NCBI GenBank assembly: GCA_050575255.1
Contig: JBNZDD010013687.1
Location: 3,767,737-3,831,736, forward strand
Direction of reading: 5' to 3'
Length of the DNA stretch: 64,000 nt
From: Harriotta raleighana
Lineage: Eukaryota
Shown: positions 25,251-39,005 of the stretch, piece by piece
Position numbering within the stretch: the stretch's first letter is position 1
How the letters are laid out: every line of letters starts with the position of its first letter
Notes under the pieces: model-generated
What the model saw: only the letters and a program-made list of their open reading frames with translations
What the model was told of the DNA's origin: nothing
Databases searched by the model: none
Position numbers and translations under genes: made by a program

Positions 25251-28200
25251 GTATAAGGTGGAGTCCTCACCCCGAGTGCTTTTACATGATGTAGTTTCCA
25301 TTGCATCTTTGGTATAATACTGAGTGCTGTTTTTCAGCCATTGTTTGATCATACAATTACACACTGCTAAGGATTACTTTGTTTGTTATAGGCCACGGCT
25401 TCTCAAAATAAACCTCATCCAGCTTTTTCACATTTGCCATTCAGTCTGTTTCACTTTGGGACCCAGATTTAAATCTAATTCAGGCGTGATGCAAACTTCT
25501 TCAATCCATGGCCATACATGAGAACCTAAAGATGATCACATTTTGAAAATGTTTGCATAACATATCTTGAAATTTTCTTCAGAGAAATCTACACCTAGAA
25601 ATTCAAAAAGAAACAAGTGATGCTCCTCTGTGCACAGAAAATATATACTGTAGCTATATACTGTACTCTCCCCCGTATATAGATCCGCCTTCCTCCCGAC
25701 ACCAGATAAACATATACAGTACTTGGATCAAGATGCAATGTGCCTGGAGTGCTTACACACCTATAATATTTGTAAAAGATCATGATTAAATTAGGCCTTA
25801 TTGTGTTTTTGGAAATTAAATGTGATCAAGTACCTGCTCCAACTTGTTTCCATAAATTTCCTGCTGAGATCATAAAAGCCAAATTTACTAATGTAATGAG
25901 GTCTTATTTAATAAAATTGAAGGTTATACAAATTAAAAGTGCCTTACTGCCAGGGAAGAGGAATTGTATTATATTTTGTCATCAGAACTATGGACTTCTT
26001 AAAGTATGTAACTTTTTAAATTGATATTTATATTAAGCTTTTTCCCCGAATAAAGGCTAGTTACCTGCTAATATATGCAATATTCACAAGGTTCACAAAA
26101 GGCATTTTACTCCAAAAAAGTCGCACTACAGCCCCTTTCCCTACAAATCATTTCCAAACTGAGCAATTATTTCCCACTGAAAGTAGCATAGATTTCTACA
26201 ATTGTAAATAGTTCTGCATACATTCACTTTACCAATTAGTTGATAGTTATTTTTTAATGCAATTCGATGCATCAAATCTGAAGATTTGAAATGTTTTGTG
26301 AGGTGTTCCAATATTTAAATTATGGGAAATGAATAAGAAAAATAACTTTGGCAACTTTTCACTGTTGAGAAAATAGTTTTTTTTTAAATCGTTTATGTTA
26401 ACAGACTAAAATGGACAAAAAATTAATTTGGTTGTCAATTTGTTTTTATGAATTCAATAAAAGCCTGTAATTTCTGTGATAAATAATTAATGACACTATT
26501 TTATTAGATTTGATGAATTCATCAGAATTGCGGTTTACTTGCTAGTTTGTCACATACTACAGTCATGAATCTGTACTTTTTTTTATATGACACTCGGGTT
26601 GAATTGATGGCCCTTTACAGGTCATCTTATGTTACAACAGCATTTAGTTCCGATTTCATTTAAGGTTTAAGATGTATGAATGCATTAGATTATTAAAAAT
26701 AATTCATCTTGCAGTGCACATAAGGTAATTATGGTAATCTGAAAGCCTATTGAATAGGTTAATAGAATAGAATAAATCTGGAGTGAAGCAAACAGGTTTT
26801 ATACACATTGCAAGCTCTGGTTGATTTGAAGTGCAAGAAACATTGATTCAGTTGGCTTCAAGATGCTATATTAAAAATACTCAAAGTTTTATACGCTTTT
26901 TGCAAGCATGTTCTTACTGTTGCGTCTGTGTTCAAAAAATATTGTAACTGTTTTGAAAACATTTTTTGTATGAGAATATATCAGCAAATTAACCAAATAA
27001 ATGATAGGCACAATGACATTTAGATCATAAACATAAAGTAAAAAGTTTCTCAAATATACAGTGACAGATAATATAATTGATAAAATAAGAATTTGTTTAA
27101 TGACCCTTACAGGCAATCAGCCACTTGTGAAATCTGCATATTAATAGCCTTTCAGTTAAATTTAAGATAAATCATCTTTGATTACCACCATGAGTGGTTC
27201 TTTGATTGACACATGAAGAACTAAACATATGCAAAAATTACAGTGTTCTAAATATTAAAACTTATTTAATGCAATAAAATCTATTGCTATAGATATACAA
27301 ATATTGTTTTGCAAAATAAAGGAATTTGTGATACACCAGACTTACACTAGTCCACCATTCCAGTGATCTTAAATGGTCTATGACCCCGCATCTAACATTG
27401 TTGTTGCTTCCCTTTCAGATAGAAATATTAGATATGCCTCTTGATGTATTGTAAATGGTATGTGTATGACTCCTGTAGATGGCCTTAAGGAGAGTCTTGT
27501 ACTCAAACTGCAGTTCCATTCACAATATGTAATATTTAGTAGAAAGAAAACTTCTAATATCTTGTGACATTTTAGGATGTCTGTCACAAACTCCGCTACT
27601 CTAATTCACTATATCTTAAGAGTTTATTTCTTCCCATTTTAATGTTAGACTTTTAACTGTTTATACCCAATCTCACTGAATTGACATTTCCATCTCTTGT
27701 CTCCTAGCATAATTTTGGTGCAGTGTAACTACAGCCCAAAAATCAAAACAGTTAGACCCAACCTTTATTTTCATAGTACCTTCTATGCCATGCAGCAAGT
27801 ACAGTTATTAATTTTACCAGCCTGTGCTTATCATAGTGAAGTCATAGTTTATTATTGTTTTACTACTGATAGCCTTGCAGAGATCCTGGATACTTTATTG
27901 TCGGTTTGGACATTCCACCTCACCCTGCACAGATTGAAACAATACGCTTTCTTACACACTCTTTAGCTTCCTCTTTTTCAGTCTCATTTAAGGATCCCAA
28001 TTGAAAACTCCATGTTTTAATTCCATACACTATATATTAAAAATTTTGATCAATGCATGAGCCATTTTCAAATACTGTAGTTATAAATCCTGACACGCTC
28101 CACTCTTGCATTATATCATGTCATCTGAACCATTCAATAAGATACCTTTTCTGAAGCATTAACCTATCGAGTAATTTGTATGGGATGTCTAAATAGGATA

Positions 28201-28688
28201 CATTTCCAGAATTAATATCTGCAACTTCTGTGGGTGGAAGTGATATTTTCAATGGCCAGGATGCATTAGCAAACTGCAAAAAACATAAACAGTGAAACTC
28301 ATGTCGTATAACATTTTGCAAATTGTGTTTAAAACAAAACCAACTTAATATTTAGAATATTGCACAGTAATTATAGAGCTTATTTTGTTAAAAGAAAAGA
28401 TTGGCAGAATTTATACAATAGACCCCGCCATTCAGTTTATGCTCTACGCTTTCTCGTGAAATGGTTCCTGTATTGCACCATCACAGCTGGCCTCTTAACA
28501 AACAAACACTGTGTTTTTACTCTGGAACTGAATAAATATTGCTTCCAGCAATAAAGTAACATGGAGCAGGACACCTGAGTTATAATCATTATACTGAGTG
28601 GAATTGAGAGCAGCTCCGCAACTAACTGCCTGTACAGAACTCTATCTGGTTTTCGTTTTTAATCTTCGATTCTGAACATTGTTTGTCC

Positions 28689-28753
28689 AGTGCTTTGAGA
28701 CATCCTCTCAATGTTAAAGGTGCTATACAAATGTAATTTCTGTTGTTGTTGTT
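28689..28753 (+). mobile_element. Short L2 3'-tail fragment
   Basis: gtgctttgagacatcc...aaaggtgctatacaaatgtaatttctgttgttgttg. Confidence 0.7.
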
Positions 28754-29422
28754 AGGAAAAGCCAAGTAACGCAACCAGCTCATTAATAACATTATGATAC
28801 AGTCCATTCAGTTGTGTCCAAGAATGTTTTAGGCCCCATTGCTGAGCAAAGCCCAAATTGATTTAAACCAATTGCATTTACACTGCAGCTGTGCAAATTG
28901 GCTTACTGCCAAAACCACCACCTGACAGTGTGAACACAGAACAAAACTCCTGAGCATTCATCGCTACAACCCCACATTGTCATGGGACAGTTATAACCCT
29001 ATGGTATTGCACTATGGATCACATTCATTTTCACTGCTACATGTAGACTACTTTAAGTATAGTGACTAGGGAAAAACACAGGTATCTTGGGTGTTTAGAT
29101 ATTCTGTTTACACAGGTGTAAAGTCAAGCCATGTGGGTTTTTGCATTCCCGATTGCTTTTTTGAATGGTTTTATTCAGCTATTTTTCTTTGCCTGAGTTG
29201 TGACTTATCAAAAGTGAATTCCTCCTGATGTGAAAGGTGCTGTACAGATGTAATTTGTTGTTGTTTGAATATCTGGCAAACTTTGCACAGTGAAGCGGGC
29301 TCTCTTAGCACCTTCTGATGGTGATGTTGAGTACTGAACTAGTGGAAGTGGATTTTTCTGCCTATAGCAATTGACAGACTGCACTTATTTTATTTTAATT
29401 TGTTTTCTAACCAGATGGTTTT

Positions 29423-29528
29423 AATGATAATAATCCTTTTGATGTAACGCATTGTCATGCCATTGAGACTTCTCAAAGCGCTTCACAGAATATGTGAGAA
29501 AGTAGATTGACTGTGTATTTTTGGAGCA
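29423..29528 (-). mobile_element. SINE 3' fragment
   Basis: aataatcc...tctcaaagcgcttcacagaatat...ttgactgtgtattt. Confidence 0.75.
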
Positions 29529-29569
29529 AAATTATTTTATTCTGAGCTTCTCGAGAATCCATGTCCAGC

Positions 29570-30499
29570 ATTGGCCCCCAGGGCCCTGTCCTTGGTCCTC
29601 TCCTTTTCAACATCTATCTGCTCCCCCTTGGTGATATCATCCACAGACATGGGGTTAACTTCCACATGTTATGCGGATGACGCCCATCTTTCTGCCTCCA
29701 CTCCCAATTCCAGGACCATTGCTGTTCTGACAGACTGACTGTCGGACATCAATCCTGGATGAGAGTTAATTTTATACCGCTGAATGTCAACAAGACAGAT
29801 GCCCTCCTGATTGTCTCACACCAACGCCTCCAGGCACTGGCAACATCAACTTCCATGGTTGCACACTCAACCTCTGCCTTCCCTCACCTTTGCAACTTTG
29901 CCCGACTCCGCCCTTACCTCACCCTTCAGGCCACTGAAACTCTTTTTCAGGCCTTCACCACATCCAGGCCTCCCCAACTCCTCCCTCCATAGGATGCAGA
30001 TCATCCAGAACTCTGCAGCACGTGTCCCTCACACACCAAACTCTGTGATACTTATCATCCCCATTCTCGCCTAATTCCACTGGCTTTCCATTATTCAGAG
30101 GATTCAATTCAAGATCCTAGTTCTCACCTTTAAAGCCCTCCATAGCTTTGCCCCACCCTACCTCTGCGATCTCCTAGCCCTCTACCAATCTGTCTGCTCT
30201 ATCCACTCAGTGGACTCTGGCCTGTTCCATGACCTCTGCCCCACCATCTTGCCCCACTCTGGCCCCAACCTTTGGAATTCCATCCCGTAATCCTTCCACT
30301 TCGCCCCCTCCCCAGTTTCCTTCAAGTCCCACCTCAACACCTACCTCTTCAACCATGCCATTGGTCACTTCACTTCCCCTCTCCCTTTCCCCCACCCTCC
30401 TTGATCTCAACCTAGCTCGAGTTGGAAACACTGACTGCCTTGGGATGTCCTCCTGACATGAAAGGTGCTGCACAAATGAAATTTTGTTGTGGTTGTTGT
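29570..30499 (+). mobile_element. Degraded, 5'-truncated L2-clade LINE (RT remnant and 3' tail)
   Basis: Reads [31 protein letters not shown], then YADD after a frameshift, and later MQIIQNSAARV. Ends in gccttgggatgtcc...gaaaggtgctgcacaaatgaaattttgttgtggttgttg. Several deletions and frameshifts. Confidence 0.9.
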
Positions 30500-33228
30500 A
30501 AAGGAGGTGGAAGATCAACGTTGAGTCAGTTGTAGCTCAGAAAGTAATTTAAACAATTTCAGACAAGGGGAACTACATTTCCTTTGACTTTAACTGCTGT
30601 TTCAACTAAATCCTGTGCATCCAGCTACAGTGCCAATTGACATTTACATAGCTTTTTAAATGGATGTAAAAGTATTGCGTGACAGAACAACTTTACACAT
30701 CCACTGACAGGAGCAAGTGACCTCCTGGTCATTAATTGAAAAGCAATTGATATGTATTTTTAAAGCTTTCTGCCAGAGGAAATATTTGAGCAGAAACTAG
30801 TTGGGTGAAGAGTTGGAAAGTGCTTTTTGCACTTTTTAATGCAATTTGTATTGCTACATTAGTTAAGCAATTTTTTAAACTCAGAATCTAGGTCTGTTTA
30901 CTACCATTGACAAACTATGGAATAGTAGAGGACTGTAAAACTGCTTCTTTGCCTAAATAGGAAGGACATCACGCAGCATATACACAAAGAAAACAATTCA
31001 CTCATCCTCCTGGTGGATCAAGCGGAAATGTTTTATTAAATGACCATTTTACAGTGATCATCTTAATATAACAATATTTTTCAGCAGCTTTGTGACTTCG
31101 GGCAGATTGTGGAGTGACAGACAATAGACATAAAATCCCAATTTGATTTCATTCCCTGAAAAAAATTGTGAAAGTATTCTGATAATATTTGGTAGGGTGA
31201 AAGCTAACATAATGTAGCCGCAATGTGACTGTTTCAGCAGCCAGATATCCGTCATCTCATTCGGCTTTCCGTAGGCTTTTAGCCAAGTGCTGCAAGTGAC
31301 ATTATTAACAGCTGCCTAAATACTTTGCACAACACAAATATTAAAACCTTTCTGCTTCCTGTCTAACATTTGCTGTACAGCTAAAAGTGCAGTAAACAGA
31401 GGCTTAATGCCTGGGGATCAAAGTGTAAAATACATTAACGGAGCAAGAAAGGTTAACTTTACCTGGCTTCACATTTCCACTGGATTAATATGGAGAATAC
31501 GCACTGCAGATCTTGACTTGATTTCTTACAAAGAGCAAATGTTCAGTCAGTGTTTTCAATTGTGCTTCAGATTGTGACTCTCTCATGCTTATCAAATACA
31601 CTGCAATTCTGAGCATGATTTTTTATTATATTCTTGCTTTTTTTGCTCCAACATTTCAGAAAGTACAGGTGAATAATTCCGTAGATGGTTGATATTCCGT
31701 GTTTCCTATGTAATAAAATGTTGAGCGGTTTAAATTTTAATGATAAATTCATTTAAATGCTGCTGAATTCCATTTATTTAAGAACCAGAGTGAGCAAGGT
31801 TGAGATTTAATCTTGTCACTGCCCCCTTGAGGAATTATACAATTACTGCTGTTTGTTGCCATTCCAGGATTTCAATGCATTCAGTTTTTTTGTTTTCGTA
31901 ATTCTGGCAAAAAGATAACTGCAAATGGCAAATAATTCAGTCTGGAATAAACTGAGAAAATATCACCAAGGCTCTTCTTGGGTCACAATTTGTCATATCT
32001 TCTGATATGTCATATCTACTATCTACAAATTCTATTCATAAAGATTTTATTTTTTGTCTCTCTGTGATTCTATAGCAATTCAATTATGGTTTTCTGAGAT
32101 AGTAAGCCCAGAGAGGGACTCCAGTCTGACAAAAAATATGACAGGACAGTTACAGAGTGTTTATGCAATTAAACCTTCAGTGACAATACATGTAAAATGA
32201 TGAATGTGTGGTTGTAGGTTTATGTGCACAAGCAATGCGCCGCAAGTATTGCACATTTTTCATTATTATACAACTTTGCAGATCTTTCAAGAATTGCCTG
32301 GAGTGAACTACTGCAGAATACGCTATTATGCAGCATGTTAACCATTCCCTTTTTTAAGCTGTTCCTGATGTGTCATTGAAAGAGCATCTATTTTATAGGA
32401 ATGCTCACATTTGGAGATATTTTAAATTAAATAAAAAAGACAATGAGTTTCAATTCAGCTATTGAACATTAAAAAATATATCATTTGAAGAAAAATGTTT
32501 CCCCCCATAATATTGATTTGCCAACACAATCCTAATACATTTATTTTGCATGCAGAATTTAATTTTCATTTAAATCATCGAGTGTGTTAAACTAATAAAA
32601 CAGCATTTAACATCAAAAGAGAATTTAATATCTACTATCTACATCTTGCAGAAAATAACAACTTTAAATGGGCCGAGTTTGAGTAATGGAAGTTGGCAGA
32701 GTTATTTATTATATAGGCTCATAAGAGAAATTCAGATGAGGAAAGACATTCAATATATCTTGCAAAGTGCTTGATCTCGGTCTTCTAAAATTCTAACAAT
32801 GTCATCTATACACAACCAAGCTGTTTCTCTAGGATTCCAGTGGCCTGATCTCAAGTACTCTGCGATAACCAATTCCAGTTGTTAATTTTTTAGTACCTGG
32901 CCTTAACTTTTTCTTCATAACCCTAACACTGACTTCTTCTCCTGCTGATTTTGTTTTATTTTGTTCGGGTGGATGTTCAAGATCCTATGGTAGTATTTGA
33001 AAATAGAAGAGACTTTCTCCCATTACCATGGTCAACAATCCCCCAAATAAAATTGGCCATTCATTGGCCATGTTTGTGGTCATTACATTTTTACAATACA
33101 GCAGTAAAGCTCTTTAAGACGTCCTCCAGACATGAGGGGGATAATATCAAGTGGCTTTGCCAAGTTGTATCTCCTCAGAGTTTCGTTATGTGCTTCCAAA
33201 GGTGTTGAATGTAGTTTGCATGTTATGA

Positions 33229-33543
33229 GAATAATAATAATAATAATCCTTGCATTTTGATATAGCACTTTTCACATCTTATCGACGTTTCAATGCGCTT
33301 CACAGAATGTACTGTAAAGTGAATTGACTGTATATTTGTGGGTGAAATTGCTCACAGCAGTGTCCCACAAGTAGTCATGGATTGAAATGACAAATTTATT
33401 ATTGTTTGTTTTTTTGGAGGGATTATTAGTATTAGGCATATGGAGTAAGGGAACTTGCCCAAGGTTTTGTCCTGACCTGCCTGGATTTGAACACAGGTCT
33501 CACGCTTGTAAGGTGAGTGCTCTAACCACTGAGCTACAGGAGG
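33229..33543 (-). mobile_element. Full-length tRNA-derived SINE
   Basis: Same head, core and (taa)n tail as 21659-21978. Confidence 0.92.
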
Positions 33544-33839
33544 ATGTTACTCATCTCAAAAGGGTGGCGTGCTGAATGGACCCACGGACTTCTTTTCCCA
33601 AGTGTGGTACTCAATGGATTGAGCTACCTGGAGATATAAGGGCATTTGGCTGTGATTCTCCACTTAGTTCTCAATCTTGCTGAGGCATTGTAAAGGAGTG
33701 GAAACAGAAGGAGCAATGTCGATCTGAGCACTTTTCAATGCTTTGTTATGGGCCATGTGTAATCATGCAGCAAGCCTCAAACACAGCTTCTCAAACTTTG
33801 CAAAGGAAACAAAGAAAAGAAAAAAAGTCAACAATACAA

Positions 33840-33985
33840 AAATAACAATCTTTGCATTTGATATAGCACCTTATCACGTTCTAGAGATATCTCAGTGTTA
33901 CACCAATGCACTGTGAATTAACTGTACATTTTGTGGGTGAAACGTGGCAACCAACTGTGCATAAACAGTCTTGGATTGAGTAACC
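33840..33985 (-). mobile_element. SINE 3' fragment
   Basis: tttgcatttgatatagcacc...gggtgaaacgtggcaaccaa. Confidence 0.8.
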
Positions 33986-34537
33986 ACATTTTTTTCAATA
34001 TACCTGCTCTTGATCACTTCCACGTGTACCTACACGAACTGCAAGTATACGAATGCTGAGCGAGAACAGGATTGGTTTAACTAAGATGCCCATATTTGAA
34101 TGAACCAACAACTTCTTAGCTCACACAAGAGGGAAGGAAAGCTCAATCTAATCTCCAAATAGCAGTACAAAGAATCACAGAGGTGTCTACAAGGTGAGGC
34201 TCCATTGTATATTATACCTCAATACTCTGCCACTTCTCAGCAAAAAACATATTTATTTCATTGGCGACTGGATATAAACTCGTAAGTCGCTCACTTCAGG
34301 TGAAATTAAATTGGTGTTTTAGTTTTGAAAATAGTTAATCCCATTAAGTCGGAATGAATATTATGGTATCAGATATTTATTTCCTCCTACTCAGTAAATT
34401 TATTCAACTTGCTTCTGTTTTGTTCTTCGACATAATTATTTCTAAGTATGAACCCAAATGATTTCCTAGTGGACCATCTTGTCTCAGACTAAGTAAGAGA
34501 ACTGGGCTGGGATAATTCACAGAATTCCTCAGGGGTC

Positions 34538-34708
34538 NNNNNNNNNNNNNNNNNNNNNNNNNNNNNNNNNNNNNNNNNNNNNNNNNNNNNNNNNNNNNNN
34601 NNNNNNNNNNNNNNNNNNNNNNNNNNNNNNNNNNNNNNNNNNNNNNNNNNNNNNNNNNNNNNNNNNNNNNNNNNNNNNNNNNNNNNNNNNNNNNNNNNNN
34701 NNNNNNNN
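34538..34708. other. Assembly gap
   Basis: Run of N. Confidence 1.
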
Positions 34709-34847
34709 CCACCTGCAACCCAAACCCCTCATGTGGTTTGATAGCACTAATGCAGCCTGATTTGAGAAAGGAAGTGTATTAGAGGGGGTGAGAAAGAATT
34801 AAAATGATCTGTGACATTCTATTCATTTATACATCAGACATGTCCGT

Positions 34848-34962
34848 TATTGAAATGAAATGTTTCACCCACAAAATACACAGTCAATTTACAATATATT
34901 CTTTGAAGCGCTTTGAGACAACGTTATAAGGTGCTATATCAAATACAAGCCTTATTATTATT
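34848..34962 (+). mobile_element. SINE 3' fragment
   Basis: tgtttcacccacaaatacacagtcaattt...gtgctatatcaaatacaagccttattatta. Confidence 0.8.
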
Positions 34963-35806
34963 TTCTCCGACATTCCTGCAGAATATAGCTTTTTCAGAAA
35001 TTTTGTAGAGTTAAGACTAAAACATTTTGGAAGAGTAGTTATTTAAAAGGTAAGCTGTAATATAATCCCCTGTTTGAGTTATCAAAAAATTAATTTTGTG
35101 CAATAGGTAACAGTCCTCTAAATCAATAATTGCAATCCTGCAAATCTATATTTATCAACTAAGCTTTAAACAATATCGCCCAGTTCATCACAACCTAATT
35201 ACAGGCACCACATTATGATTTGTTTCCCTTCTGCAGGAAGAAGGACAGTAAAGAGAATTTTAATAAGAGCAAACTTTTTAAAAAATGGATTTGTAGAAAC
35301 CTATATTTTATTTAAACCTAAATCAAAAAAATTATAGCAACATGAAAACGTATTTATAAAAGGAATAAAAGTGTGTGCACACTTGGCTGATTAATTTGGA
35401 TAAATTCAGTCCTGCTGAAGAATCACAACACAGTTTTCAAGATGCAGCTTTTACTTTAAGACCCTAGCAGGCTTGTATTTCTATAGCTGATAGCAAGCAA
35501 AATACATCAAGAATAATTAATTTATTTCATTAACTACTTTGCTGCTGGGAGAAATTTCAACCCAATGCTAAAGGGGAACTTAGATTGTTTATGTATACTG
35601 CATTATCACAATTCATTACCAATAGGTGTTGGACTAGAGCTACACATGAATCCATTATAAATTTAGTGAGTTATAAATGTCTGCAACTGCACAAGGACAC
35701 ACATACATACACACATACATACACCACATACATAAATCACATACGTATAATAAACAGTAGTTCCATATGCAAGCAGGGATACAAATACTCCATACTCCAC
35801 TCCAGT

Positions 35807-36160
35807 GGAGTCCTGTAGCTCAGTGGTTAGAGCAGTCGCCTGCAAGCGAGAGAACTGGGTTTGATTCCCAGCAGAGTGAAACCTTGGGCAAGTTTCCTTA
35901 CTCCACATGCCTGTTAATATTCCCTCTAAAAAATTGATCAATTCAATCCACAATTGTTTGTGGGACACTGCTGTGCAAAATTGGCTGCCACATTTCGCCC
36001 ACATATATACAATAACAAGACAATTACACTTGTATAGCGCCCTTCACATCAGCAGGACATCCCAAGGCGCTGATACAGTCAATTCACTTATTCTGTGAAG
36101 GGCTTTGAGATGCCTAGAAGACATGAAAAGTGCTACATCAAATGCAAGGATTATTATTGA
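35807..36160 (+). mobile_element. Full-length tRNA-derived SINE, interrupted by a nested insert
   Basis: Head ggagtcctgtagctcagtggttagagc with A box TAGCTCAGTGG and B box GGTTTGATTCC; core; tail aaatgcaaggattattatt. Confidence 0.92.
36012..36072 (-). mobile_element. 61-bp L2 3' tail inserted into the SINE
   Basis: Flanked by an ATACA direct repeat (36007-36011 and 36073-36077); removing it restores the SINE consensus atatacagtcaattcac. Confidence 0.8.
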
Positions 36161-36659
36161 TAATTATTTGATACAGTGCCTTTCACAGCACTTTGAGATT
36201 GCAAAGTGTAGTGACTGTATATTTCGATTAGAAGATCAGCCATGATCTTATTGAATGGCTCGGCAGGCTTGAGGGACTGAAGGGCCTACTCCTGTTCCTA
36301 ATTCTTATGTTCTTATTTTTTGGAGGCAAACATGGTAGTTTGCACACAGCAATGTTTCTACCCACAGACATAAAATTAATGATCAATTTTATCTGGAAGA
36401 TTGATGGCCAAGACACTGGGAAACTCACTTTTCTTTTGAATAGTACCATGAGATTTTTTTCACGTCCACCTCAGCAGGTGAACGGGATGTTTGATAACAT
36501 CCCATTTGAAAAATGTCACCTCCCTTAATGCAGCATATCCCCCAGCACTTAATTGGCGTGTCAACGTAGATTTTATGTGTTCAAAGTCCTGACATGGAGT
36601 TTGAACCCAGAATCTTCTGATTCAGAGGCCAGAGTGCTACTTACTGAGCCTTGGTGACA
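36160..36659 (-). mobile_element. Older full-length Deu-domain SINE, tail-to-tail with the preceding SINE
   Basis: Contains gttgatggcc-like/cacgtccacct Deu motifs and head tttgaacccagaatcttctgattcagaggccagagtgctacttactgagcc. Confidence 0.8.
36225..36316 (+). mobile_element. CR1 3' tail nested in the Deu-SINE
   Basis: gatcagccatgatcttattgaatggc...gcctactcctgttcctaattcttatgttcttat matches the CR1 end at 44170-44249; TATTT on both flanks. Confidence 0.85.
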
Positions 36660-38909
36660 ATTTAATTCACGCAATTGTATACATACTTGTGCACAAATTT
36701 GTACACAAGTACACAAACAGACTCTGTAATGCATGGAAATTCCCACTCAAAATTTCCCACAATACAGGATGACAAAATGTACATTGACTAATTGGAATAT
36801 ATAATTCCAACCATCAGTTTCAAGCTGAATGATAATGTTTTGCACATACTGCTGTTGACATTATAGAGCTATCATGGTCTCATCCCTGCAGGAATAGCTA
36901 GCCCTGAGGACCAACCAAGGATACATTTGTTTGGGAATAGTTTGATCTCAAATTCAGTTGTGAGTGATTGCCTTTAATTCTGAAGCCCCCCATCCATCAC
37001 CACACAGCTTTGTGCATTTTTGTTTCTTTCCAGTTATCCCACTTAAGCAACTCCAACAAGCCTTCCCCTAATTATTCTGCCTTTTCTTTAGTTGGTATGG
37101 AGTGCAATTCAGCAGGGGAGTGCTTAATCTCCGCTTCACTTTGCGTCCATTAATAAGAAACAAACCTATGGATTAAATTAAATGTGCAGCTCCTAGGTCT
37201 TTTTGTCTCCAAATAGCAAACTTCCGATGGCAAAACAAAAATGGCTGCAAACAATGTGCATGGATCCTTTGGAACTGGCCACACACACTTTGCAGATTTG
37301 GTAGTATTTGCCATGACCTAGGCTTCTCTATTAACAAATTAAATTCCAAACAAAAGAAAAAGCAAAGTACTAAATGGTAGTTGTACAATTTTTTTAAATT
37401 CCATATTTGTTCCTTCTGGTCTGTGAAAGTACCTCACACAAATAAGCAGAGCAGCTTCATGAATAAGAAGTGGTACCTCTCAAAACTGCCTCTGGGACTG
37501 AGCATAATCGAAGTATGAGCAATGAGTATTGCACAGTAGATTACAATCCGAAGCACAAAGCACTGCATCCTATTTATAGCAGATCCCATTGAATTCTATT
37601 TCACCTCCTTCTTTCCACACCAGGATTTTCAGATGTGTTAATTGTGCACTAGGATTAATATTAACATTTATTAGTAAATATTTATTTCAGGAAACCAGTA
37701 CTTCAAGCAATCAAGTCTTCATACTTGATAACATCTTCTTAGTACAGTATATTAAAAAAAGTCCCAATTTATTATTTGTGTCACTATTTTTTGGTCAGCT
37801 GGGTGTCTGACAGCTGTGGAAACCCAGCACCAATCTTAAGAGTATCCAAGCCAACAGAGTTCACTGCATCCCATCAATATAATTCCAGAGATATTTAGAG
37901 GAATGGAATGCACATCCTACATACCTAATTCCAGAGATTGTTAGACACATGTTGGGAAGAATCCAGGCTTGGGAACAACAACAAAAATAATTACACTTGT
38001 ATAGCGCCTTTCAAGCAAGGAGCACCAGAGTGTGCCTTGGGGTACTGCTGGAGAATAACCAACTACTACTGCATAGCTTGCATAGAAAGCACTGGCTGAC
38101 AAGCTTCGCTGCAGCTTGTCCAGCTAGGGATACTCTATTAGGACTTTACAATGTGAACAAATTGTATGCTTCTTTGCTTGACCATAGACTTCTGCCTAGG
38201 CAAGGAACAGATGAAAACAGGAAAAAATGTAGTGGGAACACCTGCCTAAACAAATAAATAAAAACTTTGTCTCCAGCCCAGCTTCATATTCTGTAGCAAG
38301 ATGTGATTGTATTATGGAGGCCACTTCTACATTAAATGTTCAGGATTGGATATTGGCAGTCAATCATAGGGGATGACAATTTATTTTATTGGAAACTGAA
38401 AATTCTTCTCATACTTGAAGTGAAGTAAATAAGTGAAGATGTGGCTGCATTGATACACCTCACTCACAGCATTGTCTCTGGATCTAACTCTGTCTACACA
38501 TTATGTTTCGCTATACATTGTATTCCTTCAATCCCCATAGATTTTAGTTCTATCCCATAAGATGCAGTATTTGCTACAGTTCGTGTTGTTTACTACAAAA
38601 AAAATCACTCCCTAAAGGAATGAGTGCTATAGTTGCTGTGCCAGGCAAGTAAATGAAGCAGTGTTGAAATACCCTTTTATTCTACCCATCCACCCCCGCT
38701 CCTCTGAAGATTTACAAACTGAACTGTTCCTACATCTGCAGTTAAGTCTCTAACTCGGTATCCTAAATCTTGGAGTGCCCCACACTGCTTATTATTTTCA
38801 GTTTTCCACTTTGTAGGTTTGCCACAAGCCAATGCATATTCTTAATCCCATTGAGTTGTTTTGTTATTACCCCTTTCAGGCACATTAAGATATCTAAACA
38901 GTCAAGGAA

Positions 38910-39005
38910 AATAATAATCATAATAATAATATCCTTCTATTTTATATACAGTAGTGTCTTATCACTTTGAAATATCTCAAAGCATTTCACATGGTTTATT
39001 TGTAA
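38910..39005 (-). mobile_element. SINE 3' fragment
   Basis: (taa)n then gtgtcttatcac...atatctcaaagcatttcaca. Confidence 0.65.

Noticed and set aside
30207-30518. Pro/Ser-rich and antisense Gly/Glu-rich ORFs
   Set aside because: They derive from the C-rich 3' end of the L2 fragment.
35807-35880. tRNA gene (also at 45605 and 46790-46856)
   Set aside because: A and B boxes are present, but the sequence runs straight into the SINE body and tail. These are SINE heads.
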